Below, piece by piece: positions 56,492-64,000 of a stretch of DNA of 64,000 nucleotides. The stretch lies in contig JAAYKX010000024.1 of the NCBI GenBank assembly GCA_012522155.1, positions 1,893 to 65,892 of the forward strand. Direction: 5' to 3'. The position numbers and the translations under genes were made by a program. Position 1 is the stretch's first letter. Each line of letters begins with the position of its first letter. The stretch comes from Bacteroidales bacterium. Its GTDB lineage: Bacteria; Bacteroidota; Bacteroidia; Bacteroidales; VadinHA17. The notes under the pieces are model-generated. The model searched no databases. It saw only the letters and a list, made by a program, of their open reading frames with translations, and was not told the origin of the DNA.

Positions 56492-56926
56492 TCAGTTTCC
56501 GGTATGTCCGAAGCCTCCCGCACCTCTTTCTGAATCAGTAAGTTCGTCAACCTGTATCCACTCGGCTCTTTCATGCCTGCTTATAATCATCTGACATATC
56601 CTTTCGCCGTCAGACACTGTAAAATCTTCTTCCGAAAGGTTCACAAGTATTACACATATCTCACCGCGATAATCGGCATCTACTGTTCCCGGCGAATTGA
56701 GAACAGTAATTCCCTTATGCAATGCCAGACCGCTTCTGGGCCGGATCTGGGCTTCATAGCCCGGAGGAATTTCGAGATATATTCCCGTAGGGACACGCAC
56801 ACGCTTTCCAGGCGCAATAATAATATCTTCATTAATACTGGCCCTTAAATCCATTCCCGCCGAAGCAGGAGTAGAGTATTCAGGAAGCTTATGACCGGAT
56901 TTATTTATTATTTTGATTTTCAACAT
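56492..56926 (-). CDS. dut: dUTP diphosphatase
   Basis: [37 protein letters not shown] and [10 protein letters not shown]. Confidence 0.93.
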   Translation of the reverse strand: MLKIKIINKSGHKLPEYSTPASAGMDLRASINEDIIIAPGKRVRVPTGIYLEIPPGYEAQIRPRSGLALHKGITVLNSPGTVDADYRGEICVILVNLSEEDFTVSDGERICQMIISRHERAEWIQVDELTDSERGAGGFGHTGN

Positions 56927-58394
56927 TTTCCTTTCCAAATATCACTGTCAGCAGCTTGTCGCGGTACTGAGCAAACAGGATGAAAGAGACAAGCAGCATT
57001 GTATTAATTAACAGCTCAACTGCAGTATTATTATATCTGGCAAAATTAACAAAAACAACAATCATGACTGCAATAACGAAATAGGGAAGCATTTTAATCA
57101 TTCCGTAATCTATTTTATAACGCTTTTCCGCCATGATAAAGGAAAGAATGATCATCACCCCGTAGGATGCAACATGAGCCCACGCAGAAGCCATATAGCC
57201 ATAAGAAGGGATAAGAAAAACATTTATCAGAACAGTAACAAGCGCGCCGCTGAATGTAATGTAAATACCAAATCTTGTCAGATCGTTTAGTTTATACCAT
57301 ATACTGTGATTGACATATATTCCGTAGAGGAGATATCCCATTCCAACCACCGGAACAACTTTAACAGATTCCCTGAACGACTCCCCGATAATATATTTGA
57401 AGCCATTGATATACAAATTTATAACAAGATAAACGAGAAGCATGGCAAGGATAAAATATTTCATCACATAAGCATAGGTAGCTTTTGCCCCTTCCCGTTT
57501 TGCCCTTTCGAAAAAAAAGGGTTCGGCAGCAAACCTGAACATCTGAATAAAAAGAGACATCAAAACAGCGATTTTATATCCAGCGCCATATTCGCCAACC
57601 ATTTCCAGTCCGGTCTCCTCTCCAGCAACCCTGCGCATAATAACCTTGTCGAGTGTTTCATTTACCGCGCCTCCCAGTCCGGCAATCATAAGAGGCAGGG
57701 AATAGCTGATCATCCTGAACCATAAGTGCCTGTCAAACAATAATTTTACCCTGAAAGTATATGGAAGCAGAACGATCAGTGTTGAGACACTTCCAATAAG
57801 ATTGGCAACAAAAACATAACCAACCCCATAAGCGGGATTATAAAAACTGCTGACAAGCCGGCTGTCCTTTTCATAGAGTCCCGGAGCAATAACAAACAGG
57901 AACAAAACTGCAGCCACGGTAATCAGAACGTTGAATATTTTAAGAACACTGAATAAAAGGGCCTTGTTCTCCCTGCGCAACCTTGCAAAAGGTATTGCCA
58001 TAAAGGCATCAGTAGCGACGATAGCAGCAAAAAGCCTTATATACCCGGGATTATCCTCATACTTAAGAGCAGAAGCGACGGGAGCAATAAAAAGATTGAC
58101 CAGGATAAGAAAAAGAGCAGAAGAAAACAGCAGGCTGATCATGGAAGTGGAGTAAACCTTTTCATAGTCTTCTTCCTTTTGGGCATAGCGGAAAAAGCCC
58201 GTTTCCATTCCGTAGGTAAGAATGATAAGCAGAAAAACCATCCATCCGTAAAGCTCGGTAACAACACCATACTCACCTTTATCAAACAATCTCGTATACA
58301 AAAAGGTAAGTATCCCGTAGTTTAGGAATCGCGGAACAATGGTACCGAATCCGTAGATAAATGTCTGTCTGGCTAATATCCTGACTTCGTTCAC
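56901..58394 (-). CDS. MOP-superfamily oligosaccharide/polysaccharide flippase (Wzx/MurJ-like)
   Basis: ~14 TM segments and a 497-aa length, with a conserved position upstream of dut in Bacteroidota. Confidence 0.72.
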   Translation of the reverse strand: MNEVRILARQTFIYGFGTIVPRFLNYGILTFLYTRLFDKGEYGVVTELYGWMVFLLIILTYGMETGFFRYAQKEEDYEKVYSTSMISLLFSSALFLILVNLFIAPVASALKYEDNPGYIRLFAAIVATDAFMAIPFARLRRENKALLFSVLKIFNVLITVAAVLFLFVIAPGLYEKDSRLVSSFYNPAYGVGYVFVANLIGSVSTLIVLLPYTFRVKLLFDRHLWFRMISYSLPLMIAGLGGAVNETLDKVIMRRVAGEETGLEMVGEYGAGYKIAVLMSLFIQMFRFAAEPFFFERAKREGAKATYAYVMKYFILAMLLVYLVINLYINGFKYIIGESFRESVKVVPVVGMGYLLYGIYVNHSIWYKLNDLTRFGIYITFSGALVTVLINVFLIPSYGYMASAWAHVASYGVMIILSFIMAEKRYKIDYGMIKMLPYFVIAVMIVVFVNFARYNNTAVELLINTMLLVSFILFAQYRDKLLTVIFGKENVENQNNK

Positions 58395-58410
58395 ATTAAT
58401 AAAATGATAA

Positions 58411-58418
58411 CAAAGATA
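58411..58418 (-). promoter_or_regulatory. candidate -7 box (TATCTTTG on minus strand) for the flippase-dut operon
   Basis: Plus-strand CAAAGATA lies 17 bp upstream of the start at 58394. Confidence 0.3.
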
Positions 58419-58504
58419 GGCTTAAGATTTGTATTTTTCTGATAGCATGCGATCATTTATACATACTATTTTAATAATAGTTGCCACAATAGTTTAAAGT
58501 TAAA

Positions 58505-58512
58505 TATCTTTG
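58505..58512 (+). promoter_or_regulatory. candidate -7 box (TATCTTTG) for the PPIase gene
   Basis: Exact TAnnTTTG match 42 bp upstream of the ATG at 58554. Confidence 0.3.
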
Positions 58513-58553
58513 TCTTCCTGTAAATTTTATATTTCATTTATAATCCCTTTGAC

Positions 58554-59366
58554 ATGAACAAAGCTGTCATCCTTTCCGTTTCCCTCTTCCTGTTCATTGG
58601 AACAGTATGCTGCAGATCTTCACATTCCAATGAGAATACACATGTTCTCATGCAGACCAGCCAGGGAGATATAAAACTTAAACTGTATGACGGAACGCCC
58701 CTTCACAGAGATAATTTTATAAAACTGGTAAAGTCAGGCATATATGACGGAGTATCCTTTCACAGGATAATAAACACATTTATGATTCAGGGAGGTGATC
58801 TTCAGACAAAGCCCTCCGGAATACCCTCCTGTGCAGACAGCCTGCTGAATTATACTGTTAAGGCAGAATTTAATCCGGCATATTTTCATAAAAAGGGCGC
58901 CCTTGCCGCTGCCCGCCAGGGTAACGAGATCAACCCCGAAATGAGGTCTTCCGGAACACAGTTTTATATTGTACAGGGTAGCACACTGACAGATTCAGAA
59001 CTTGACCATGCTGAACAAAATATTAACAACTCTGTCATACAGGCAGTGTTTACAGCCTTTCTCAGACAGGTTGCCGACAGTTCACGAAAGGCAGGTCACA
59101 TGGCCGAAGACAGTGAAATACATGAAAAGGCTTCTTCACTGATGTTTGAATATCTCTCAACTCATGAAAGCTATACCATAAGTGAAGAGCAGCGTGCGGT
59201 TTACAAGACCCTGGGAGGTGTTCCCCGGCTTGACGCAAGCTATACCGTTTTCGGAGAGGTAACTGAAGGTCTGGATGTGGTGGACAAAATTGCTGCAGTA
59301 CAAACAGATGCCAGGGACCGTCCTGTTTCGGATGTCAGAATAATAAAAATGAAAATTTTACCATAA
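58554..59366 (+). CDS. secreted cyclophilin-type peptidyl-prolyl cis-trans isomerase
   Basis: Signal peptide, then FHRIINTFMIQGGD, SSGTQFYIV and YTVFGEVTEGLDVVDKI. Confidence 0.9.
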   Translation: MNKAVILSVSLFLFIGTVCCRSSHSNENTHVLMQTSQGDIKLKLYDGTPLHRDNFIKLVKSGIYDGVSFHRIINTFMIQGGDLQTKPSGIPSCADSLLNYTVKAEFNPAYFHKKGALAAARQGNEINPEMRSSGTQFYIVQGSTLTDSELDHAEQNINNSVIQAVFTAFLRQVADSSRKAGHMAEDSEIHEKASSLMFEYLSTHESYTISEEQRAVYKTLGGVPRLDASYTVFGEVTEGLDVVDKIAAVQTDARDRPVSDVRIIKMKILP

Positions 59367-59393
59367 CAAAATATTTAAATCAGGTTTTTGTAA

Positions 59394-60434
59394 ATGCTGG
59401 AAAAAATAGACAGGCTGTTAAAGCTCATATCAGAACTCACAGTAAGTGATATAAAGGAGCTGGAGATATTTCGTATCAGGTATATGAGCAAAAAGGGCAT
59501 CATTTCCGAACTTTTTGAGGAGTTCAAACAAATGCCCGCCTCAGAAAAAAAAGAAGTAGGCAGGAAGCTTAACATTCTTAAACAATCTGTTATTGAAAAA
59601 TACAATTCATACAAGAATACCCTTCAGCCCCTTTCTGCTTCCGCGCAGGTGAATGACCTTTCAAGGCCATCTTTTCCCTCCGGTCCCGGAGCCCGTCATC
59701 CAATATCCATTGTCAGAAGGGAAATCATCGGCATCTTTGAAAGGATAGGCTTCAGCGTATCTGAAGGTCCGGAAATAGAAAGCGATGAAAATAATTTTAC
59801 ACGTCTTAATTTTGCACCGGAACATCCGGCAAGGGATATGCAGGATACCTTCTATATTTCAAGGATATCGGCGGAAGATTCCAATCCTGCAGATATTCTC
59901 CTGCGCACCCATACTTCCTCTGTCCAGGTCAGGGTAATGCAAAAGCAGAAACCTCCGATAAGAACAATCTCCCCGGGCCGCGTTTTCAGGAATGAAGCCA
60001 TATCCGCCAGGGCTCACTGTATCTTTCACCAGGTTGAAGGATTGTATATTGATGAGAATGTCTCATTCGCAGACCTGAAACAGACCCTCCTCTTCTTTGC
60101 CAGGGAGATGTACGGTGAGAAGACGGAAATAAGGCTCAGGCCTTCATATTTCCCTTTTACCGAACCTTCGGGGGAAATGGATATCAGCTGCACCATTTGC
60201 GGCGGAAAGGGCTGTAATGTATGCAAACACACGGGATGGCTTGAAGTACTGGGATGCGGAATGGTTCACCCTGCTGTTCTGGAAGCCTGTGATATCGACA
60301 GCAGCAAATTTACCGGTTACGCTTTTGGAATGGGGATAGAAAGACCTGCAATGCTGAAATATCAGATCAATGATCTTCGTATGTATTATGAAAACGATAT
60401 CAGATTTTTAGAACAGTTCAAATCAGCATTTTAA
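59394..60434 (+). CDS. pheS: phenylalanine--tRNA ligase alpha subunit
   Basis: Class II motifs are present: HPARDMQDTFY, LLRTHTSSVQ, FRNE and GFAFGMGIERPAML (the last seen here as GYAFGMGIERPAML). Confidence 0.96.
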   Translation: MLEKIDRLLKLISELTVSDIKELEIFRIRYMSKKGIISELFEEFKQMPASEKKEVGRKLNILKQSVIEKYNSYKNTLQPLSASAQVNDLSRPSFPSGPGARHPISIVRREIIGIFERIGFSVSEGPEIESDENNFTRLNFAPEHPARDMQDTFYISRISAEDSNPADILLRTHTSSVQVRVMQKQKPPIRTISPGRVFRNEAISARAHCIFHQVEGLYIDENVSFADLKQTLLFFAREMYGEKTEIRLRPSYFPFTEPSGEMDISCTICGGKGCNVCKHTGWLEVLGCGMVHPAVLEACDIDSSKFTGYAFGMGIERPAMLKYQINDLRMYYENDIRFLEQFKSAF

Positions 60435-60488
60435 TATTTTGAACTATGTTTTTGCAATTGTTGTTAATATGTAAAAGTTTATCTTGAA

Positions 60489-61196
60489 ATGAAGGAAGAA
60501 GATTCTTTTCCCATTTGTGATAAATGTGCACCTGAATCCGGTTCCATCTTCCGCTATCTTAATCCTGCCGAGCTGGAACTGCTCAACTACAGGAAAGATT
60601 TCAGGAAATTCAGGCGCGGTTCTGTTCTTTACAGGGAAGGAAGCCGTATCAGCGGATTTTATTGTGTTCACAGCGGTGTTATAAAAGTTTATAAAACAGG
60701 TTTTGACGGCAAGGAGCAGATAATACGCTTTGCCAAAACCGGTGATATCATAGCTTACCGGAGCGTATTGAGCAGCGAAGCTGCCTGTACCACAGCCAAA
60801 GTAATAGCAGATTCCAGGGTATGTTTTATTCCGGCCGACATACTTATCAGCTTTATAAAATCAAACCCGGTTTTTGCTCATGAACTTCTTAAGCTGGCCT
60901 GTCATGAGCTTGGTGAAGCAAACACTTTTATCACCGATATAGCTCAGAAAACCGTCCGGGAAAGACTTGCTGAAATACTCCTTTACCTTGTCAGGGATTT
61001 TGGTCTTGACGATAATGATTATCTCAGGATTTCCCTCACGCGTGAAGAGATTGCAAATATTATCGGTACTGCAACGGAGTCGGTCATCCGCCTCCTGTCG
61101 GAATTTAAAAACGATGGTTTTGTTGAATTGCAGGGAAGACGTATCCGTATTTTAGACACCAGGGCACTGGAAAATATCAGTAATCTTCTTGTCTGA
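60489..61196 (+). CDS. Crp/Fnr family transcriptional regulator (N-terminal CxxC)
   Basis: cNMP-binding-like domain plus HTH (TREEIANIIGTATESVIRLLSEFKNDGFV). The N-terminus carries ICDKC. Confidence 0.85.
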   Translation: MKEEDSFPICDKCAPESGSIFRYLNPAELELLNYRKDFRKFRRGSVLYREGSRISGFYCVHSGVIKVYKTGFDGKEQIIRFAKTGDIIAYRSVLSSEAACTTAKVIADSRVCFIPADILISFIKSNPVFAHELLKLACHELGEANTFITDIAQKTVRERLAEILLYLVRDFGLDDNDYLRISLTREEIANIIGTATESVIRLLSEFKNDGFVELQGRRIRILDTRALENISNLLV

Positions 61197-61211
61197 TTTT
61201 CTAAAAATTCC

Positions 61212-62237
61212 TCAGAAAAGCCTGCCGCTGACATCATTTTTGTCAATTACTCCCAGATGTCTGTATGCATGTTCAGTGGCTTCCCTTCCCCGTGGTGTTC
61301 TTTTGAGAAAACCCTCCTTTATAAGAAATGGTTCATAAACCTCCTCTATTGTACCGCTTTCTTCACCAACAGCAGTAGCAATGGTATTTAATCCGACTGG
61401 TCCCCCTCCAAATTTATTCACAATGGCTGCTAGGATTTTATTATCCATCTCATCCAGACCATAAATATCAATATTTAAAGCATTTAGCCCAAACTGAGTA
61501 ATTTCGAGATCTATTATTCCTGTACCCTTAACCTGTGCAAAATCCCTTATTCTCCTTAAAAGGGCATTGGCTATCCTGGGCGTTCCCCGGCTTCTCCTGG
61601 CTATCTCATCCGCGGCAGTATCATGAATTTCAACCCCGAGAATGCCGGCAGATCTTTTGACAATATCTGACAAAACTTCATGATCATAATATTTCAGGTG
61701 AAATGTAATGCCGAAACGGGCTCTGAGGGGACTTGTAAGAAGTCCTGACCTGGTAGTGGCCCCTATAAGTGTGAATTTATTAAGGTTCAGCTGTACGGAT
61801 CTTGCACCGGGACCTTTGTCAATCATTATATCTATCTGAAAATCTTCCATTGCCGAATAAAGATACTCTTCAACAACAGGAGAGAGCCTGTGTATTTCAT
61901 CAATAAAAAATACCTCGCCTTCTTCCAGACTGGTAAGAAGACCTGCAAGATCGCCCGGCTTGTCCAGAACAGGTCCCGAAGTAACCCTTATCCCTACTCC
62001 CAGTTCATTGGCGATAATGGCTGCAAGGGTTGTCTTGCCCAGTCCGGGCGGACCGTGCAATAAAACATGATCCAGCGATTCCTTCCTTTGACCGGCAGCC
62101 TTGACAAATACCCGGAGATTCTCAATAATCTTTTTCTGTCCCCTGAAATCATAAAAGAAAAGAGGTCTCAGCTGCTTCTCAAATTCCAGTTCTTCTACCG
62201 ACTCTTTCTCTTTTCTTATATTGAATTCTTCCGCCAT
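61212..62237 (-). CDS. ruvB: Holliday junction branch migration DNA helicase RuvB
   Basis: Walker [12 protein letters not shown], Walker B FIDEIHRL, sensor motifs, 341 aa. Confidence 0.97.
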   Translation of the reverse strand: MAEEFNIRKEKESVEELEFEKQLRPLFFYDFRGQKKIIENLRVFVKAAGQRKESLDHVLLHGPPGLGKTTLAAIIANELGVGIRVTSGPVLDKPGDLAGLLTSLEEGEVFFIDEIHRLSPVVEEYLYSAMEDFQIDIMIDKGPGARSVQLNLNKFTLIGATTRSGLLTSPLRARFGITFHLKYYDHEVLSDIVKRSAGILGVEIHDTAADEIARRSRGTPRIANALLRRIRDFAQVKGTGIIDLEITQFGLNALNIDIYGLDEMDNKILAAIVNKFGGGPVGLNTIATAVGEESGTIEEVYEPFLIKEGFLKRTPRGREATEHAYRHLGVIDKNDVSGRLF

Positions 62238-62249
62238 TTAAGGGATAGA

Positions 62250-63803
62250 CTATTTTATCAGCTTTATGTCGCTTTCAGGAAGATCTATTCTTACCCCGTT
62301 AATACTTATCTCTTTATCATCCCTGTAAGTTATTGTAAGAATAACACTTCCTTCTTCATCATATTTTTTCCAGGTCCTCTGTTTTAATCCCGTCCGGTAA
62401 AACTGTTCCTCCTTCAGCCGGCCGTTATCAAAATAATAAAAATGCTGGCCGTCGGGATTGCCCTGTAAATAATTTCCTCTGAATTTCAGGGTCCCGTCAC
62501 TGTAAAATGATTTCCACTGCCCGTCCCGGAGTCCTATAATAAAATTTCCTTCCTCCCTGAAATAATCCGTACTTGTTTTCCAGGGACCGTTCTTTTCCCC
62601 GTCAGCATACTGTCCTTCCGCTATTATTTCTCCTTCCCTGGAATATTCCACGAAAACACCTTCTCTTTCACCCTGAAAATATTCCTCTTCCCTGAGCACT
62701 GATCCGTCATTATAGTACCATGTCCACAATCCGTCGGGTCTTCCGTAATTATATCCTCCGGTCTGTTCTGTATTTCCTTCTGTATTATAAAATTTCCATG
62801 TACCGCTACGCCGGCTGTTTGAATAATTACCCTCTGCCATAATCCTGCCGTCAGGAAAAAAGTTTTTCCATTTACCTTCCAAATTTCCGGCTTCATCAAC
62901 AATACCTTCAGAAATAAGTAATCCGTTGTCATTATAAATTAAAGAATTGATCACTTTTCCGTCCCGGCCGTATTCCCTGTGAGTTCCCACCGGGGTATTA
63001 TTTCTGAAAGGTCCGCTGTATATCAATTTATTGTCATCATCATAACGATTGACAATTTCAATATCCGGCTCGTCTTCAACCCTTGACTTAACTATTGCAC
63101 CATTGTCATACAGCATCGTAAGCGTAAGCCTTCCCCTGCTGTCATATTCCTTGTAATAGCCATGAACCATGTCATCCCTGTAATTTTTTTCAGTCCTTAT
63201 ATTCCCTGATGGATAAAATTCTTTCCACGGTCCCTGTTTAAGGCCTTTTGAATCAGTTCTGTTAATTCTTTCCCTGCTGATAAGAAAGTCATTGTTATAT
63301 TCCAGAAGAGTAATGACTTCTCCGTTTCTGTCATATTCCCTTGACAGTCCTTCCTTTCTTCCCCCGCTGTATGAAACGCTATTCTGAACACTGCCGTCAG
63401 GAAAATAAATATACGCCGTGCCTTCCTTCCTGTCACCTGCAAATAACTCCCTGGACCATAAATACAGGCCATGGGTAACATCTTTTTTATATTTCAGATA
63501 GTATCCGTTTTTTTTACCAAGCAGATAACTGATCTTTTCAGTGGTATCTCCAACCTGGTCATAAAATATCCAGATACTGTCGAGCAGGAAGCTTGTTCTC
63601 TTACCCTCTGATTTTTTAACTCCTGTAACATAATAGCTTTTCCAGAAACCTTCAGGTTTTCCGTTTTTCATGTACCCTTCACTGGATACTGTCCCGTTGG
63701 GATAACGAAACACCTGGTAGCCGTCAGCAACAGTTCCATCCTCCTGAGAAAATCCCCTGAAAATCAGAAAAATAAAAAATATGACAATAACAAATCTTTT
63801 CAT
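62250..63803 (-). CDS. secreted MORN-variant (YwqK-like) repeat protein
   Basis: Signal peptide followed by about 17 repeats of the pattern G.W..[FY]Y.nG....EG.Y..G...G.W..Y. Confidence 0.75.
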   Translation of the reverse strand: MKRFVIVIFFIFLIFRGFSQEDGTVADGYQVFRYPNGTVSSEGYMKNGKPEGFWKSYYVTGVKKSEGKRTSFLLDSIWIFYDQVGDTTEKISYLLGKKNGYYLKYKKDVTHGLYLWSRELFAGDRKEGTAYIYFPDGSVQNSVSYSGGRKEGLSREYDRNGEVITLLEYNNDFLISRERINRTDSKGLKQGPWKEFYPSGNIRTEKNYRDDMVHGYYKEYDSRGRLTLTMLYDNGAIVKSRVEDEPDIEIVNRYDDDNKLIYSGPFRNNTPVGTHREYGRDGKVINSLIYNDNGLLISEGIVDEAGNLEGKWKNFFPDGRIMAEGNYSNSRRSGTWKFYNTEGNTEQTGGYNYGRPDGLWTWYYNDGSVLREEEYFQGEREGVFVEYSREGEIIAEGQYADGEKNGPWKTSTDYFREEGNFIIGLRDGQWKSFYSDGTLKFRGNYLQGNPDGQHFYYFDNGRLKEEQFYRTGLKQRTWKKYDEEGSVILTITYRDDKEISINGVRIDLPESDIKLIK

Positions 63804-64000
63804 CGGCTTCCGGCAAATATTTTTGAGATATCAAGCATCCTCTCCACAGCCGTACGGGCAGAATTTATTAAAACAGGATCAAGCCTGATAACCGGTTCTT
63901 CATATTTCAGGCAGTTGTATATTTTTTCTATTGTAATAGTTTTCATAAAGTTGCAATCATTAGCTGCAAAAGGGAAATCTTTCCGGGGCGCAGCTAAATA
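63800..64000 (-). CDS. nadA: quinolinate synthase NadA, C-terminal 66 codons (gene starts beyond window end)
   Basis: Own minus-strand translation gives YLAAPRKDFPFAANDCNFMKTITIEKIYNCLKYEEPVIRLDPVLINSARTAVERMLDISKIFAGSR*. It resembles the NadA C-terminus (C..MK.ITLEKLY..L....I.......A...L.RML). Its stop overlaps the next ATG (ATGA). Confidence 0.55.
   Translation of the reverse strand, partial: YLAAPRKDFPFAANDCNFMKTITIEKIYNCLKYEEPVIRLDPVLINSARTAVERMLDISKIFAGSR

Noticed and set aside
1-64000. Search by eye for tRNA/rRNA/tmRNA/RNase P RNA, riboswitch leaders, IS elements, integrases, phage or defence cassettes
   Set aside because: No intergenic region shows cloverleaf-like or conserved ncRNA sequence that I can recognise. 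Leaders are short (about 20-45 nt after candidate -7 boxes). Every ORF over 100 aa is accounted for by housekeeping or envelope functions. A covariance-model scan (Infernal/Rfam, tRNAscan-SE) would be needed to exclude small RNAs formally.

Overview
This is a 64-kb, gene-dense chromosomal segment that looks like core genome from a Bacteroidota (Bacteroidales-like) organism. It carries about 60 protein genes on both strands, with many 4-bp and short overlaps and frequent TAnnTTTG-type -7 boxes. Content is mainly housekeeping: polA, uvrC, ruvB, pheS, mnmG, ybeY, dut, rnpA, dtd, lspA, rsgA, queD, deoC, PFK, SOD, adenine deaminase, TldD/PmbA, several peptidases, MFS transporters, sensor kinases and two Crp/Fnr regulators. 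I saw no rRNA or tRNA genes, no CRISPR array, no transposase, integrase or phage genes, and no recognisable defence or toxin cassette, so I cannot point to a clear-cut new system. Six things are not explained by ordinary annotation. (1) An ECF sigma / anti-sigma / secreted-protein module (3.4-7.0 kb) carries five separate tandem-repeat tracts, including a non-coding 24-bp x ~11 array and a perfect 72-bp in-frame repeat. (2) A ~390-bp array of ~30-bp hairpin-forming units with a 119-bp higher-order period lies between ade and mnmG, with possible solitary relatives in other intergenic regions (REP/BIME-like). (3) A hybrid sensor kinase has Tyr in place of the phospho-acceptor His and has degenerate ATP-binding boxes. 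(4) A GH16-fold protein has no signal peptide and lacks both catalytic ExDxxE glutamates. (5) A TldD with a Tat signal and lipobox is paired with a signal-less PmbA, downstream of a secreted M14 carboxypeptidase. (6) Tandem duplications span the stop codons of rnpA and of the secreted-protein gene. All functional calls come from by-eye motif recognition in the supplied translations and my own translation of the window edges. No database search or computation was run.
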